DNA of 63,087 nucleotides, the filler included, from Actinomycetales bacterium (GTDB lineage Bacteria; Actinomycetota; Actinomycetes; Actinomycetales; CAVURS01), in assembly GCA_045807245.1 (NCBI GenBank). It is 3 parts of 3 records of this genome, joined end to end, with 100 filler letters (N's around TTAATTAATTAA, not from the genome) between each part and the next. Parts side by side here need not be neighbours in the genome. Positions count along the whole stretch, not along the records: positions 26,207 to 48,653 come from JBJMHS010000051.1; positions 48,754 to 63,087 come from JBJMHS010000053.1; 1 more part is not named here. The stretch is one strand, 5' to 3'. This document shows positions 39,799 to 48,773 of the stretch, in pieces (position 1 is the stretch's first letter; each line of letters opens with the position of its first letter). A program made the position numbers and the translations under genes. The notes below the pieces were generated by a model. The model was not told the DNA's origin, made no database searches, and worked only from the letters and a program-made list of their open reading frames with translations.

Positions 39799-40230
39799 AT
39801 GATCACGTCGGCAGAGAGCGTCCTGGTAGCCCGACGGGCTGACGAGGTCTTCACATAGGTCGCTGACCTCCGCAACGAGCCGAGCTGGCACGTTGACGTG
39901 GCGTCCGTCCCGCCTGAGACCGATGCGTTGCCGATCGTCGGCAAGACCTATCCGCTGAAGTCCAAACCCTTCATGGGCCGGACCGACGGGACGTTCACGG
40001 TGCTTGATGTCGAGCCGGGCGCACGCGTCGTTTATCAGGCCGACTTCGCGGGGCTTCAGCCGCGGATCACATACACAGTCGAGCCGGTCGGGGAGGGCGC
40101 GAGGTTCACCCGTGCCGTGGAGATGCGACCGCGCGGGGTCAAGGTGCTGATGACGCCGATGATGGCGTTCATGGTTCCTCGCCGGAACAAGCTCTTTGTC
40201 CCGAACCTCAAGCGAGCCCTTGAGTCTTGA
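39799..40230 (+). pseudogene. SRPBCC-family gene with in-frame TAG at codon 20
   Basis: AGGAGGAG RBS, MITSAESVLVARRADEVFT*VADLRNEPSW...; TAG at 39856-39858. Confidence 0.75.
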
Positions 40231-40246
40231 CGGGGCCTAGGGTGAA

Positions 40247-40280
40247 ACAGAAGGACCCGTCCAGCGACGGGTCCTTCTGT
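40247..40280. terminator. Hairpin terminator between convergent genes
   Basis: ACAGAAGGACCCGTC-cagc-GACGGGTCCTTCTGT perfect 15-bp stem. Confidence 0.85.
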
Positions 40281-40291
40281 CTCGTCGGCCG

Positions 40292-41635
40292 CTAGTGGCT
40301 CGCCGCCAGCGCGTTCACCAGCCCCGCGCCGTAGAAGTTGTTGCTCCCCGTACCACCGCTGCATACCTGCACCGGCGCGCCGAAGAACTCGACACCGGGG
40401 TCGAGCGCACTCGGGCAGGACAGGTGCGTAGCCGTGCTGCGAAGCAGCGCCGCCACCGAACCTTGCGGCATGTTTGGATGCGCTGCCCTGATGAGAGCCG
40501 CCACGCCGACCACGTGCGGCGCGGCCATCGAGGTGCCGTTCAGCCAGGCGTAGTAGTTCCCGTTGCTGTCGATGACCAGCCGGCCCAGACCGGCCTCAGC
40601 AGCCAGGTCGCCTGCCGTGGACGAGTACGTCGACAGAACGCGTCCCCGGTTCGGGTCGAACGTCGGCGTCTGGAACCGCGACCCGCCCGGCGCGGCCACA
40701 TCGGTGATGTTGCCGTACGTCGAGTACCACGAGAGCAGGTTCTGCGCACCCGTCGCGGTGACGACCACGACGCCAGGGATCTCGGTCGGCATGACCACGC
40801 AGTTGTTGTTGACCGGTCGGGTGACTGCAGCACCGGGCGGGTAGTCCGGGCTGATCTCGTCAACCGTCGGGTGGTTCATGTCGATCCCGTCGTTACCGGC
40901 CGCCGCAACCAGCAGCACACCACGCTGCTCGGCGTACCGGGCGGCCTTCGAGATCGCGGCGATGATCGCCTTCTGCTCCTTGTCGTTCCGGCAGTTGAAC
41001 AGCCAGGGATCCGCGAAGAAGCTCATGTTCACGACGTCGAGGTGCTGGTTCCCGGCGTACATCAACGCGTCGACCACGGACTGCGTGAAGAAGTAGCCCT
41101 GGGCCGTTCCCGCCTTCAGCACCACGATCGACGCCTCCGGGGCGACGCCCGAGACACCCGTGCCGTTGATGGGTGCGGCGATGATCCCCGCCGTGTGCGT
41201 CCCGTGCCCGGCCAGGTCCTGCAGGGCCGCCTTGTTCGAGCAGTCACCGCGAGTCACCTGCTCGGCGGGGTCGGCCGTCGGTGTGTCGGCGTAGAGGAAC
41301 ACGCAGGAGTTCGCCACGTCGACGTTCGGCATGATGTCGCCGTTGGTGAGGTCTATGCCGGTGTCGATATCGCCGACGCGCGCACCCCGACCTCGGTTGA
41401 CGGCGTAGGAACCGCTCGGTGTCGCGTTGATGGCGCGCATGTCCCACTGGCAGGCGCTCAGCGGGTCCGGGTTGCCCGTCGCAGGCACGCCGTACAGGGC
41501 TGCGCACGCGGCCGCTTCGGTGGCCACGCTGTTGGTGCCTGGCGGTGCCGCCGATGCGGCACTGGTTCCGACTGCGAACGACGCGCCGACGACGGTGATC
41601 GTCAAGGCAGCGCGGATCATTGACGTTCTTTTCAT
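40292..41635 (-). CDS. Secreted S8 (subtilisin-like) serine peptidase
   Basis: Signal peptide; triad motifs IDTGID, GHGTHTAG, GTSMAAPHV. Confidence 0.92.
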   Translation of the reverse strand: MKRTSMIRAALTITVVGASFAVGTSAASAAPPGTNSVATEAAACAALYGVPATGNPDPLSACQWDMRAINATPSGSYAVNRGRGARVGDIDTGIDLTNGDIMPNVDVANSCVFLYADTPTADPAEQVTRGDCSNKAALQDLAGHGTHTAGIIAAPINGTGVSGVAPEASIVVLKAGTAQGYFFTQSVVDALMYAGNQHLDVVNMSFFADPWLFNCRNDKEQKAIIAAISKAARYAEQRGVLLVAAAGNDGIDMNHPTVDEISPDYPPGAAVTRPVNNNCVVMPTEIPGVVVVTATGAQNLLSWYSTYGNITDVAAPGGSRFQTPTFDPNRGRVLSTYSSTAGDLAAEAGLGRLVIDSNGNYYAWLNGTSMAAPHVVGVAALIRAAHPNMPQGSVAALLRSTATHLSCPSALDPGVEFFGAPVQVCSGGTGSNNFYGAGLVNALAASH

Positions 41636-41805
41636 TGCGTCCCAATCCTTCCGGCCGGGAGGCACGGCCGGATAGACCGTGCCTCTGGGTCGGAGCGTAG
41701 TGGCGAATCGACCGCCAGAAACTCTTGGCAGCTCACCAACTTTGGGACCTGCGGACGCTTCGATGCGCGGCGACCGAGGATGTAACAGGTCCCAGGATCC
41801 GGACG

Positions 41806-42744
41806 TTAGTTATGACCTGCGTACGCCGCGTGCGCCTGCTCGAACCGGTGCTCGGTCAGGTGCGCCACCGCGTAGGTCCCAGCAAGCGTCACAAGCAGGA
41901 TGGCGAAGACCACCGCGACCATCGGGCGGCGGGTCTGAGGGGCGGGGGCAAGCAGCGCCCGGGTTCGTTGTGTGACGGCGGAGCCATCGATGGCCAGGGC
42001 CGCGATCGAACGCATGCGCGGCGGGGCGTTGAGCGTGGCGAGTCCCGCGCGGGCCACGGCGCGAGCGGTGAGAACACGATCGCCGGTCAACCGCGCGGCG
42101 TCCTCGTCGGCCCAGCGTTCGGCCGACATCCGTACGACGCGGGCGGTACGACCGAGCAGCGGGTTGGCGGCTACCGCCAGGTCGGCGAGAGCGATGTAGA
42201 GATGATGACGATGTCGTAGATGCGATGCCTCGTGAGCCAGGAGCACTCGAGCCTCGTCGGCATCCAGGGCGGCGAGCATGGCGCTGGTCACGACGACCCG
42301 TCCCCTGCTCAGGCCGGCCAATGCGAAGGCGTCGGGTCCGTCGTCCTCGATCACCGCCACATCACCGTCGGAGGGCGACAGCGCCCGAGCTGCGACCTGG
42401 CTGGTCCAGAGGTCCTCGCCGACGACGGCCACCCGCAAGACGGCACGAGCGCTCGCGGCAATGACGCCGATCAGAGCCAGGAGACCGACCACGAGGGGAA
42501 CCGGCGCATTGAGACTCAGACTGCTGCTCGACCAGTCTTCGGCCGCTGCCACTGCCGGTGTCTGACCCAAGAAGTCGAAACACAGCACGCAGAGCACGAA
42601 GCCACTCGCCAGTGTTGTCGCGAAGGCCACGACGGCGATGAGGCGGGTGGCCAGCTCGGGTGTCAAACCGCGGACCAGCCGCGGGGTGGCTAGCCCGAAG
42701 GCGACGTTCGTCGCGAGGACGACGATGGCGAGGCCGAGCATCAT
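41806..42744 (-). CDS. M56/M48-type membrane metallopeptidase (BlaR-like)
   Basis: TM helices, LAHEASHLRHRH, ERWADEDAA; ATGA-coupled to BlaI gene. Confidence 0.88.
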   Translation of the reverse strand: MMLGLAIVVLATNVAFGLATPRLVRGLTPELATRLIAVVAFATTLASGFVLCVLCFDFLGQTPAVAAAEDWSSSSLSLNAPVPLVVGLLALIGVIAASARAVLRVAVVGEDLWTSQVAARALSPSDGDVAVIEDDGPDAFALAGLSRGRVVVTSAMLAALDADEARVLLAHEASHLRHRHHLYIALADLAVAANPLLGRTARVVRMSAERWADEDAARLTGDRVLTARAVARAGLATLNAPPRMRSIAALAIDGSAVTQRTRALLAPAPQTRRPMVAVVFAILLVTLAGTYAVAHLTEHRFEQAHAAYAGHN

Positions 42745-43163
42745 GGCTGGCCGTCCCCCTGTCGTTCGGCGTCGAGCGTCCGCAGCAGACCGGACAGGAA
42801 GGCTTCGTCCTGGGGTTCCAGCTCAGACACAAAGCGGCTCAGGGCGACGTTGCGGTCTGCGCCCGCTTCGAGCAGCTTGCGCATCCGCCGGGCCGTTACC
42901 GCCGCATCGACAACGTTGGTGTCACCGGCCAGCCGGTAGACGAAGGCGCGGCCGAGCAGCTCGCGGCTCAGCGCACCCTTCGTGTGCAGCCGGGCCAAGG
43001 TGGTCATCACCGTCGTGTAGGCCAGGCCACCGTCCAACCCGTCATGGACTTGGCGGGCGGTCATCGGCTGCTCAGCTCTCTGAAGAGCGGCCAGGACCTC
43101 CGCCTCCAGGGCACCGCGATCCCGTCGACCTGACCTTTTCGCCACCGGCCCGCCATCTCCCAT
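42741..43163 (-). CDS. BlaI/MecI/CopY-family repressor
   Basis: GALEAEVL, LAYTTVMTTLARLHTKG, GRAFVY; TATAGT 5 nt before ATG (leaderless-type). Confidence 0.92.
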   Translation of the reverse strand: MGDGGPVAKRSGRRDRGALEAEVLAALQRAEQPMTARQVHDGLDGGLAYTTVMTTLARLHTKGALSRELLGRAFVYRLAGDTNVVDAAVTARRMRKLLEAGADRNVALSRFVSELEPQDEAFLSGLLRTLDAERQGDGQP

Positions 43164-43272
43164 GATCTACTATAAAACGAGTAGTACTACACATCGTGTC
43201 CCCGCATCGGGCCCAGCACAGTGTCCCCGGCCCGATGCCTCGGCGTCTGCCGTCTCAAGAGAAAGTCCCCAC

Positions 43273-44219
43273 GTGGTCGAACTGACGTATCTCCAGGCCG
43301 TCGTCATCGGACTCCTCCAGGGAGTCACCGAGCTGTTCCCGATCTCCAGCCTCGGCCATTCGGTCCTCGTGCCCGCGTGGTTGGGCGGCGACTGGAAACA
43401 CCTCGTCACGGAGTACAGCTCGGCCGACAGTGGCCAGTCGCCGTACCTGGCCTTCATCGTGGCGCTGCATGTGGCCACCGCTGTCGCGCTCCTTGTCTAC
43501 TACCGCCGCGACTGGGTCGCCATCATCGGCGCCTTCCTCACCACGTTGCGTACTCGCAAGGTCGAGACCTCGACGCAGCGGCTGGCCTGGCTCATCGTGA
43601 TCGCCACCATCCCGGTCGGCATCACCGGCTTGGCCCTCGAACACGTCTTCCGCGTGTTGTTCGCCAAACCGGTCGCCGCGGCCGCGTTCCTGACCGTCAA
43701 CGGCCTGATCCTGCTCGTCGGCGAGCGGCTGCGCAGCCGCTCCGAGGTCCGGGCGGCAGTGCACGCCTCGGTCGGAGCCCATCGCGACCAGACGGACGCG
43801 GATGACATCGAGGCGAAGGGCGTTGCGGGGCCCGCTCGGCAGCTCGAGTCCTTGAGCTATCGCGAAGCCGGCATCATCGGCCTGTTCCAGACCTTCGCCC
43901 TGCTCGCCGGCATCTCACGCTCCGGAATCACCATGGTCGGGGGGCTGTTGCGCGGCCTCGACCACGAGGACGCAGCCAAGTTCTCCTTCCTGCTCGCGAC
44001 GCCGGTCATCCTGGCGGCCGGCGTCCTCAAGATCCCCTCGTTGTTCGGCCCGGCCGGAGCCCAGATCCACGGCCAGGTCATCGTCGGCGCGATCGTCGCC
44101 GGCCTGGCGGCCTACGCCAGCGTGCGGTTCCTGACCCATTACTTCACCACGCGCACGCTGACGCCGTTCGCGACTACTGCCTGGTCGCCGGTGTCGCCTC
44201 GCTGATCAAGTTCGCGTAG
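43273..44219 (+). pseudogene. uppP: Undecaprenyl-diphosphate phosphatase with a 1-bp deletion near the 3' end (ORF now stops at 44205)
   Basis: GLLQGVTELFPISSLGH, GISRSG, FSFLLATP; alternative frame gives YCLVAGVASLIKFA* ending 44219. Confidence 0.75.
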
Positions 44220-44329
44220 CGGGAGGGAGCCAGACCTGCGAGGGGTCTTGCCCTGTGCTCTTCGGGGAGTCATTCTTAGGGTGCCTTCAGCAGGGTGGGC
44301 CTGGCCTTCGACGGGTCAAAGGGTCTGAC

Positions 44330-44671
44330 ATGGCAATGCCACAGGATCTGGTGACGTTCCTCGAGCACGGGGATGTCTGCCTGCTTTTCTCGATCGACGA
44401 GACGCTCGTCAAGCTGGTCGGCGACGTTGACCTCAGCCTCACCGAAAGCCTGGACTTCGTCCTTGAAGAGGCCACCGCCCGGACCCAGCCAGTGCGGGTC
44501 GACCTGTCCCTGGTCACCTTCATGGACTCCACGGGCCTGAACCTCATTGCCCAGTTAGCAGCCACGGAGCTGCAGGCCGGCCGACGGCTGAGCGTGCGCG
44601 GTGCGACCCACCGTGTGCGAGAGCTGCTCCAGGTCGCCGGGTTGATGGAGGCGCTCGAGCTGACGGTCTGA
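44330..44671 (+). CDS. STAS-domain anti-sigma-factor antagonist
   Basis: LVGDVDL, VDLSLVTFMDSTGL, VRELLQVAGL. Confidence 0.85.
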   Translation: MAMPQDLVTFLEHGDVCLLFSIDETLVKLVGDVDLSLTESLDFVLEEATARTQPVRVDLSLVTFMDSTGLNLIAQLAATELQAGRRLSVRGATHRVRELLQVAGLMEALELTV

Positions 44672-44688
44672 CGGTCTGACGGTCTGAC
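44660..44688. repeat. 8-bp tandem repeat (CTGACGGT)x3.6 over STAS stop codon
   Basis: CTGACGGTCTGACGGTCTGACGGTCTGAC. Confidence 0.9.
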
Positions 44689-44830
44689 ATCCGCCATACG
44701 GGGACACTCCAACGGCGCGTGTCCTTCGTCCGCGGTCTGGCCTGGCGGGGCGCGAGCTCCTCTGTGAGGCTGAGAAGGTCCACAGCAAGACGGCTGAGTG
44801 AGGTTCTTAGAAATGTCGGAAGCAGGTGGC

Positions 44831-45547
44831 ATGGAGCCGACGGAGGAGTCGGCTCGCACGATTGAGGCGTTCGCCGAGTACGGCGTGAGTGGCCTGCCCG
44901 AGATGCTGGCCGAGAGTGGCCGCCGGGTGCGTCAGATCGTGCCCGAGATCTGGGGCATGAGCGTCACGCTGAATGACGGGGATCTGACCTTCACCCTGGT
45001 GGCGTCCTCTCCTGAGGTGGCCGCTTTGGACGGTGTCCAGTACGTCGCGGGCGGCCCATGCGTGGCAGCGGCACAGGACGAGCGAGAGGTCGGCATCGAG
45101 GAGACTGACAGCCCGATGGTCGAGCACGACTGGCAGCTGTTCGCTGCAGCCAGCGCCGCGGCGGGGGTGCGCAGCACGTTGTCCTTCCCGCTCAGGTTCC
45201 GGGAAGAGGTGATCGGCGGGGTGAACCTGTACGCCTCCGCCGAGAACGCGTTCAGCGGCCGCGAGGCGGAGCTCGCGGCGGTCTTCGGGACCTGGGCTGT
45301 AGAGGGGGTCAGCAACGCCGATATGACCTTCGCCAGCCGGGACCGCGCCGAACACGGTCCCACGCGCATCGCCGAACAGTCTGAGATCGACATCGCGGTC
45401 GGCGTCCTGATGGGCGGCCGTGGCCTGGGCCAACAGGAGGCTCGAGCGGAGCTCCAGGAGGCAGCCAGGAGAGCGAGCATCGACGAGCTCGCGATTGCGC
45501 GGGCCATTCTGAGCGCTCTGCGCGAGCGCCGACCAGACACGCAGTAG
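44831..45547 (+). CDS. GAF-ANTAR regulator (start may be 44798/44813)
   Basis: LDGVQY..GPC, GVRSTLSFPL, GGVNLY, IDIAVGVLM..A...L..AA. Confidence 0.85.
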   Translation: MEPTEESARTIEAFAEYGVSGLPEMLAESGRRVRQIVPEIWGMSVTLNDGDLTFTLVASSPEVAALDGVQYVAGGPCVAAAQDEREVGIEETDSPMVEHDWQLFAAASAAAGVRSTLSFPLRFREEVIGGVNLYASAENAFSGREAELAAVFGTWAVEGVSNADMTFASRDRAEHGPTRIAEQSEIDIAVGVLMGGRGLGQQEARAELQEAARRASIDELAIARAILSALRERRPDTQ

Positions 45548-45567
45548 GCCTCCGGCCGCTCAGGCGG

Positions 45568-45909
45568 TCAGGTGCGATGCCAGTGGACCGGCCCGGCCTG
45601 GATCGGCGGCTGGCCTTCTAGTCCGTCCCGGTCGGGTCGGGGCGGCCGCGCGGGCGGACGGGCTTCGAAGCGGCGCAGCCGCTGGTCGTACTGGGCTCGG
45701 CGGACAGGGTCGCCGAGCACGGCGTAGGCGGCGAGGACTTGTTGGAGCAACTTCTCCGAGCCGGATGCCGCTTGCATCGGGTTCTGAACCGCGCGGGTGT
45801 CGGGGTGGTGGCGGCGCAGGAGGTCACGGTAGGCATGGCGAATCTGGTCCTGCGTCGCGCTGGGGGCGAGTCCCAGGACGCCGTACAGGTCGGTCCGTTC
45901 TTCGCTCAT
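45568..45909 (-). CDS. Small J-domain protein
   Basis: DLYGVLGL, IRHAYR, HHPD, AYAVLGDPVRRAQYD. Confidence 0.88.
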   Translation of the reverse strand: MSEERTDLYGVLGLAPSATQDQIRHAYRDLLRRHHPDTRAVQNPMQAASGSEKLLQQVLAAYAVLGDPVRRAQYDQRLRRFEARPPARPPRPDRDGLEGQPPIQAGPVHWHRT

Positions 45910-46019
45910 CGTCGCCGTCCGGTTCCCGTGCCTATGTGGTCCCGGCCGCCGTGGCGGCTTGATCTGCCGGAGGTGAACGCTCCCGCGTCCGCGCACCCAC
46001 CATCACTGTCACCTGCGGG

Positions 46020-46451
46020 TCAGGCGTTGATGGCCTGCCGGTCCCCCTCGCTGCTGGAGATAGCGATCTTGCGGGGCTTGGCCTGTTCGGCGACCGGGAT
46101 CCGCAACGTGAGCACGCCGCTGTCATAGCTCGCGGCAATGTGCTCGGTGTCCAGGTTGTCGCCGAGAATCAGCTGCCGGCTGAACACCCCGCGCGGCCGT
46201 TCCGCGGCGATCAGCTCGGCGTCGCTGGCCCGGGCCGGACGTTCGGCCTTCACGGTGACCACGTTGCGCTCGACGTCCAGGTCGATCGAGTCCGGGGCCA
46301 CACCGGGTAGGTCGAACTCGACCTGGAAGGTGTCACCATCGCGCCAGGCGTCCATCGGCATCACCGACGGACGGGCCATGGTCCCGTTGGTGCCGAACAT
46401 CTGCTGGGTCAGTCGGTCCAGCTCACGGAATGGGTCAGTGCGCAGCAGCAT
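46020..46451 (-). CDS. Hsp20/alpha-crystallin small heat-shock protein
   Basis: [49 protein letters not shown]. Confidence 0.95.
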   Translation of the reverse strand: MLLRTDPFRELDRLTQQMFGTNGTMARPSVMPMDAWRDGDTFQVEFDLPGVAPDSIDLDVERNVVTVKAERPARASDAELIAAERPRGVFSRQLILGDNLDTEHIAASYDSGVLTLRIPVAEQAKPRKIAISSSEGDRQAINA

Positions 46452-46605
46452 CGTATCCACCTCCATCGCTCCTGTTCTCTCGATGCCTCTGCCAAAGATC
46501 GCCAATCGATCTGTGGCATGCGCTGTAGATTTGTTGTAGCACCCGTGACATGCTGAGGCAAGACCAGAACCAGAGAATCTTGTCCGCAGGAAGGGGACGC
46601 GGCGT

Positions 46606-46977
46606 ATGGGCGGATCCCTGCCCGACGGTGAGCGCGGTGTCTATGGCATCTCGGTCGCGGCCGACCTGGTCGGCATGGGCCCCCAGACGCTGCGCCTGTA
46701 CGAGGCCCGCGGCCTGCTGGAGCCGGCCCGCACCGAGGGCGGGACCCGCCGCTACAGCGCCAACGACCTGGACCGGATACGACGCATCGGCGACCTGCTG
46801 GAAGCCGGACTGAACCTCGCCGGCATCGCCATGGTCTTGGACCTCGAAGCACAGAACGTCCAGCTCCAAGCAGAGAAGGAGGACCAGCAATGGGCGAAGA
46901 CCACGAGCCAACAGACGACCAGATCCCGGAAGGGGACCTCCTCGAACAACGGACACCGCTCGGCCCGGCCCCGGTAG
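46606..46977 (+). CDS. MerR-family (HspR-like) regulator
   Basis: [40 protein letters not shown]; divergent from hsp20. Confidence 0.9.
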   Translation: MGGSLPDGERGVYGISVAADLVGMGPQTLRLYEARGLLEPARTEGGTRRYSANDLDRIRRIGDLLEAGLNLAGIAMVLDLEAQNVQLQAEKEDQQWAKTTSQQTTRSRKGTSSNNGHRSARPR

Positions 46978-47135
46978 CCGACCCCGAGGCCGCGCTCGAC
47001 GAGCCGGACCCGGCGCCCAGTCTGGGCAGCGAAGCCGCTCTGGCGGACGAGGCCGACCGGCTCGACCAGGACGCCGTCCTTGACGAGGCGGAGGAGGACT
47101 ACCCGCACGACCCATCCGGTGCCGCCTCGTCATAG
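46890..47135 (+). CDS. Small acidic hypothetical protein
   Basis: [18 protein letters not shown] / DEADRLDQ internal repeat; overlaps MerR ORF by 88 bp. Confidence 0.6.
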   Translation: MGEDHEPTDDQIPEGDLLEQRTPLGPAPVADPEAALDEPDPAPSLGSEAALADEADRLDQDAVLDEAEEDYPHDPSGAASS

Positions 47136-47179
47136 CGCGCGCCGACCGACACCCGGTTCGGAGGACGGAGGCGATCAGC

Positions 47180-47542
47180 ATGACGCCGGTGGAGTTTCTG
47201 CAAGCGCGCCTGGTCGAGGATGAGCTGACGGCGCTGGCAGCGGTCGACGGCTCATCTCGGTGGCGCACCAGCTATCACTACCGCGACGTCAAGGACGAGC
47301 AGGGCGGCTACGTCATTCAAGCCGACTCCCGACATCCCAGCGTGGAGCAGGCCGCGCACATCGCCCGGCACTGCCCGGCCCGGGTCCTGGCCGAGGTCGA
47401 AGCCAAGAGACTCGTGATCGCCGACTACCTGCGCCTCGACGCCGCCGGTGACCTTCTCGCACGCGGCATCATCGAAGACGTGCTCAGGGGCCTTTGCTCC
47501 GCGTACTCCGAGCACCCGGACTACAACACGTCCTGGTCCTGA
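47180..47542 (+). CDS. DUF6221-like protein
   Basis: EFLQARLVEDE, HIARHCPARVLAEVEAKR, YSEHPDY..W; GGAGG RBS. Confidence 0.7.
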   Translation: MTPVEFLQARLVEDELTALAAVDGSSRWRTSYHYRDVKDEQGGYVIQADSRHPSVEQAAHIARHCPARVLAEVEAKRLVIADYLRLDAAGDLLARGIIEDVLRGLCSAYSEHPDYNTSWS

Positions 47543-47584
47543 GCACTGGACTGGCTGCTCCCCGAGAGTCAGCGCTGAGCGTGG

Positions 47585-48653
47585 TCAGGTGAGGTCGGTC
47601 GGCTCGAGCGGCCGGGTCGCGGGGCCCTCAAGCACTGATCCGTCGATCCCGAAGCGGGAGCCGTGGCAGGGGCATTCCCAGCTCGGGTCGGCGTCGTCGA
47701 AGTGCACGATGCAGCCGAGGTGGGTGCACGTCGCCGAGACGGCCCGAAGGTCACCGGCGGGAGTGCGGTAGACGGCGCAGCGCTCGCCGTTGACGCGAAC
47801 CACAGCGCCCGTCCCGGGCGCGATGTCCTCGAGCGAGTCGGCGTGCGAGGCCCGTATCCGGTCGCCGACGAAGTGCCGGACGACCTTGGCCTGCTGGCGG
47901 AGCACCGGCCCGGCCTCCTTAGCGAAATGCAACCGACGTGGGTCGTACAGCTGCGCCCAGTCCGGCGGGTCGTTGAGGATCAGACGGCTGAGCAGCTGCC
48001 CGGCGAGCACACCGTTCGTCATGCCCCAGCCAGCGAAGCCGGTCACCACGTAGACGTGATCGGTCCCGGGGTGCATGAGGCCGATGTAGGGCAGCTTGTC
48101 CGGAGTTCCGGTGTCCTGGGCGGACCACCGGTAGGTCACCTCGGCGTCGGGGAAGCGTTGCCTCGTCCACTCGAGCAGGCGCTCGTACCGTTCGAGGACC
48201 GGGCCCTCTCCGGGCCGGAAGCCCTCGCCAGTGACGATGAGCAGGCGCTGACCGTCGTCGTACGGTGCGGTGCGTGCCGAGCGGGTGCCGTGCTCCCAGG
48301 TGATGTACGTGCCGTGTGGGTCGCGGTCGCGCGGGATCCGTGCCGCCAGCACGGGCTCACGTTGCGGAACCAGGCGGGTGAAGAACATGGAGCGGTCGAA
48401 CACCGGATAGTTCGTGGCGACGACGACGTCACGCGCAACCACTCTCTGCCCGTGCTCGGTTGTCACCGCGCAGGGCTCGTCTTCATCCAGCGCGACCACT
48501 CTTGAGCGCTCGAAGACGCTTCCTCCGTTGGCGATGAGGTCATCGACGAGAGCGAGCAGATACTTGCGGGGGTGGAACTGTGCCTGGTCCTCGACCCGGA
48601 TGGCGCCAGCCACCGGGAACGGCAGTCCGGTCTCGGTGACGAAGGTCGCGGCC
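47585..48653 (-). CDS. FAD-dependent oxidoreductase with C-terminal Rieske domain (5' truncated)
   Basis: [24 protein letters not shown]...[10 protein letters not shown]. Confidence 0.9.
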
Positions 48654-48753
48654 NNNNNNNNNNNNNNNNNNNNNNNNNNNNNNNNNNNNNNNNNNNNTTA
48701 ATTAATTAANNNNNNNNNNNNNNNNNNNNNNNNNNNNNNNNNNNNNNNNNNNN
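48654..48753. other. Artificial contig linker
   Basis: N44-TTAATTAATTAA-N44. Confidence 0.97.
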
Positions 48754-48773
48754 AGCAGGACGCGCAGGCTCAT
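48754..48773 (-). CDS. First codons (MSLRVL) of next gene, possibly a glycosyltransferase
   Basis: ATGA overlap with murJ-like stop; product inferred only from usual synteny. Confidence 0.35.

Noticed and set aside
39856..39858. Amber recoding (pyrrolysine or read-through)
   Set aside because: No pyl genes in window, TAG is used as a normal stop elsewhere, and a single substitution from Tyr explains it
44700..44796. ANTAR target dual-hairpin RNA upstream of the GAF-ANTAR gene
   Set aside because: One C-AACGGC-G loop fits, but its stem is weak; the second hairpin loop (AAGACG) lacks G at position 4 and is about 65 nt away
46890..46977. 88-bp overlap of MerR ORF and acidic ORF as programmed dual coding
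   Set aside because: The MerR extension is low-complexity beyond the domain end; a lost stop codon is the simpler explanation
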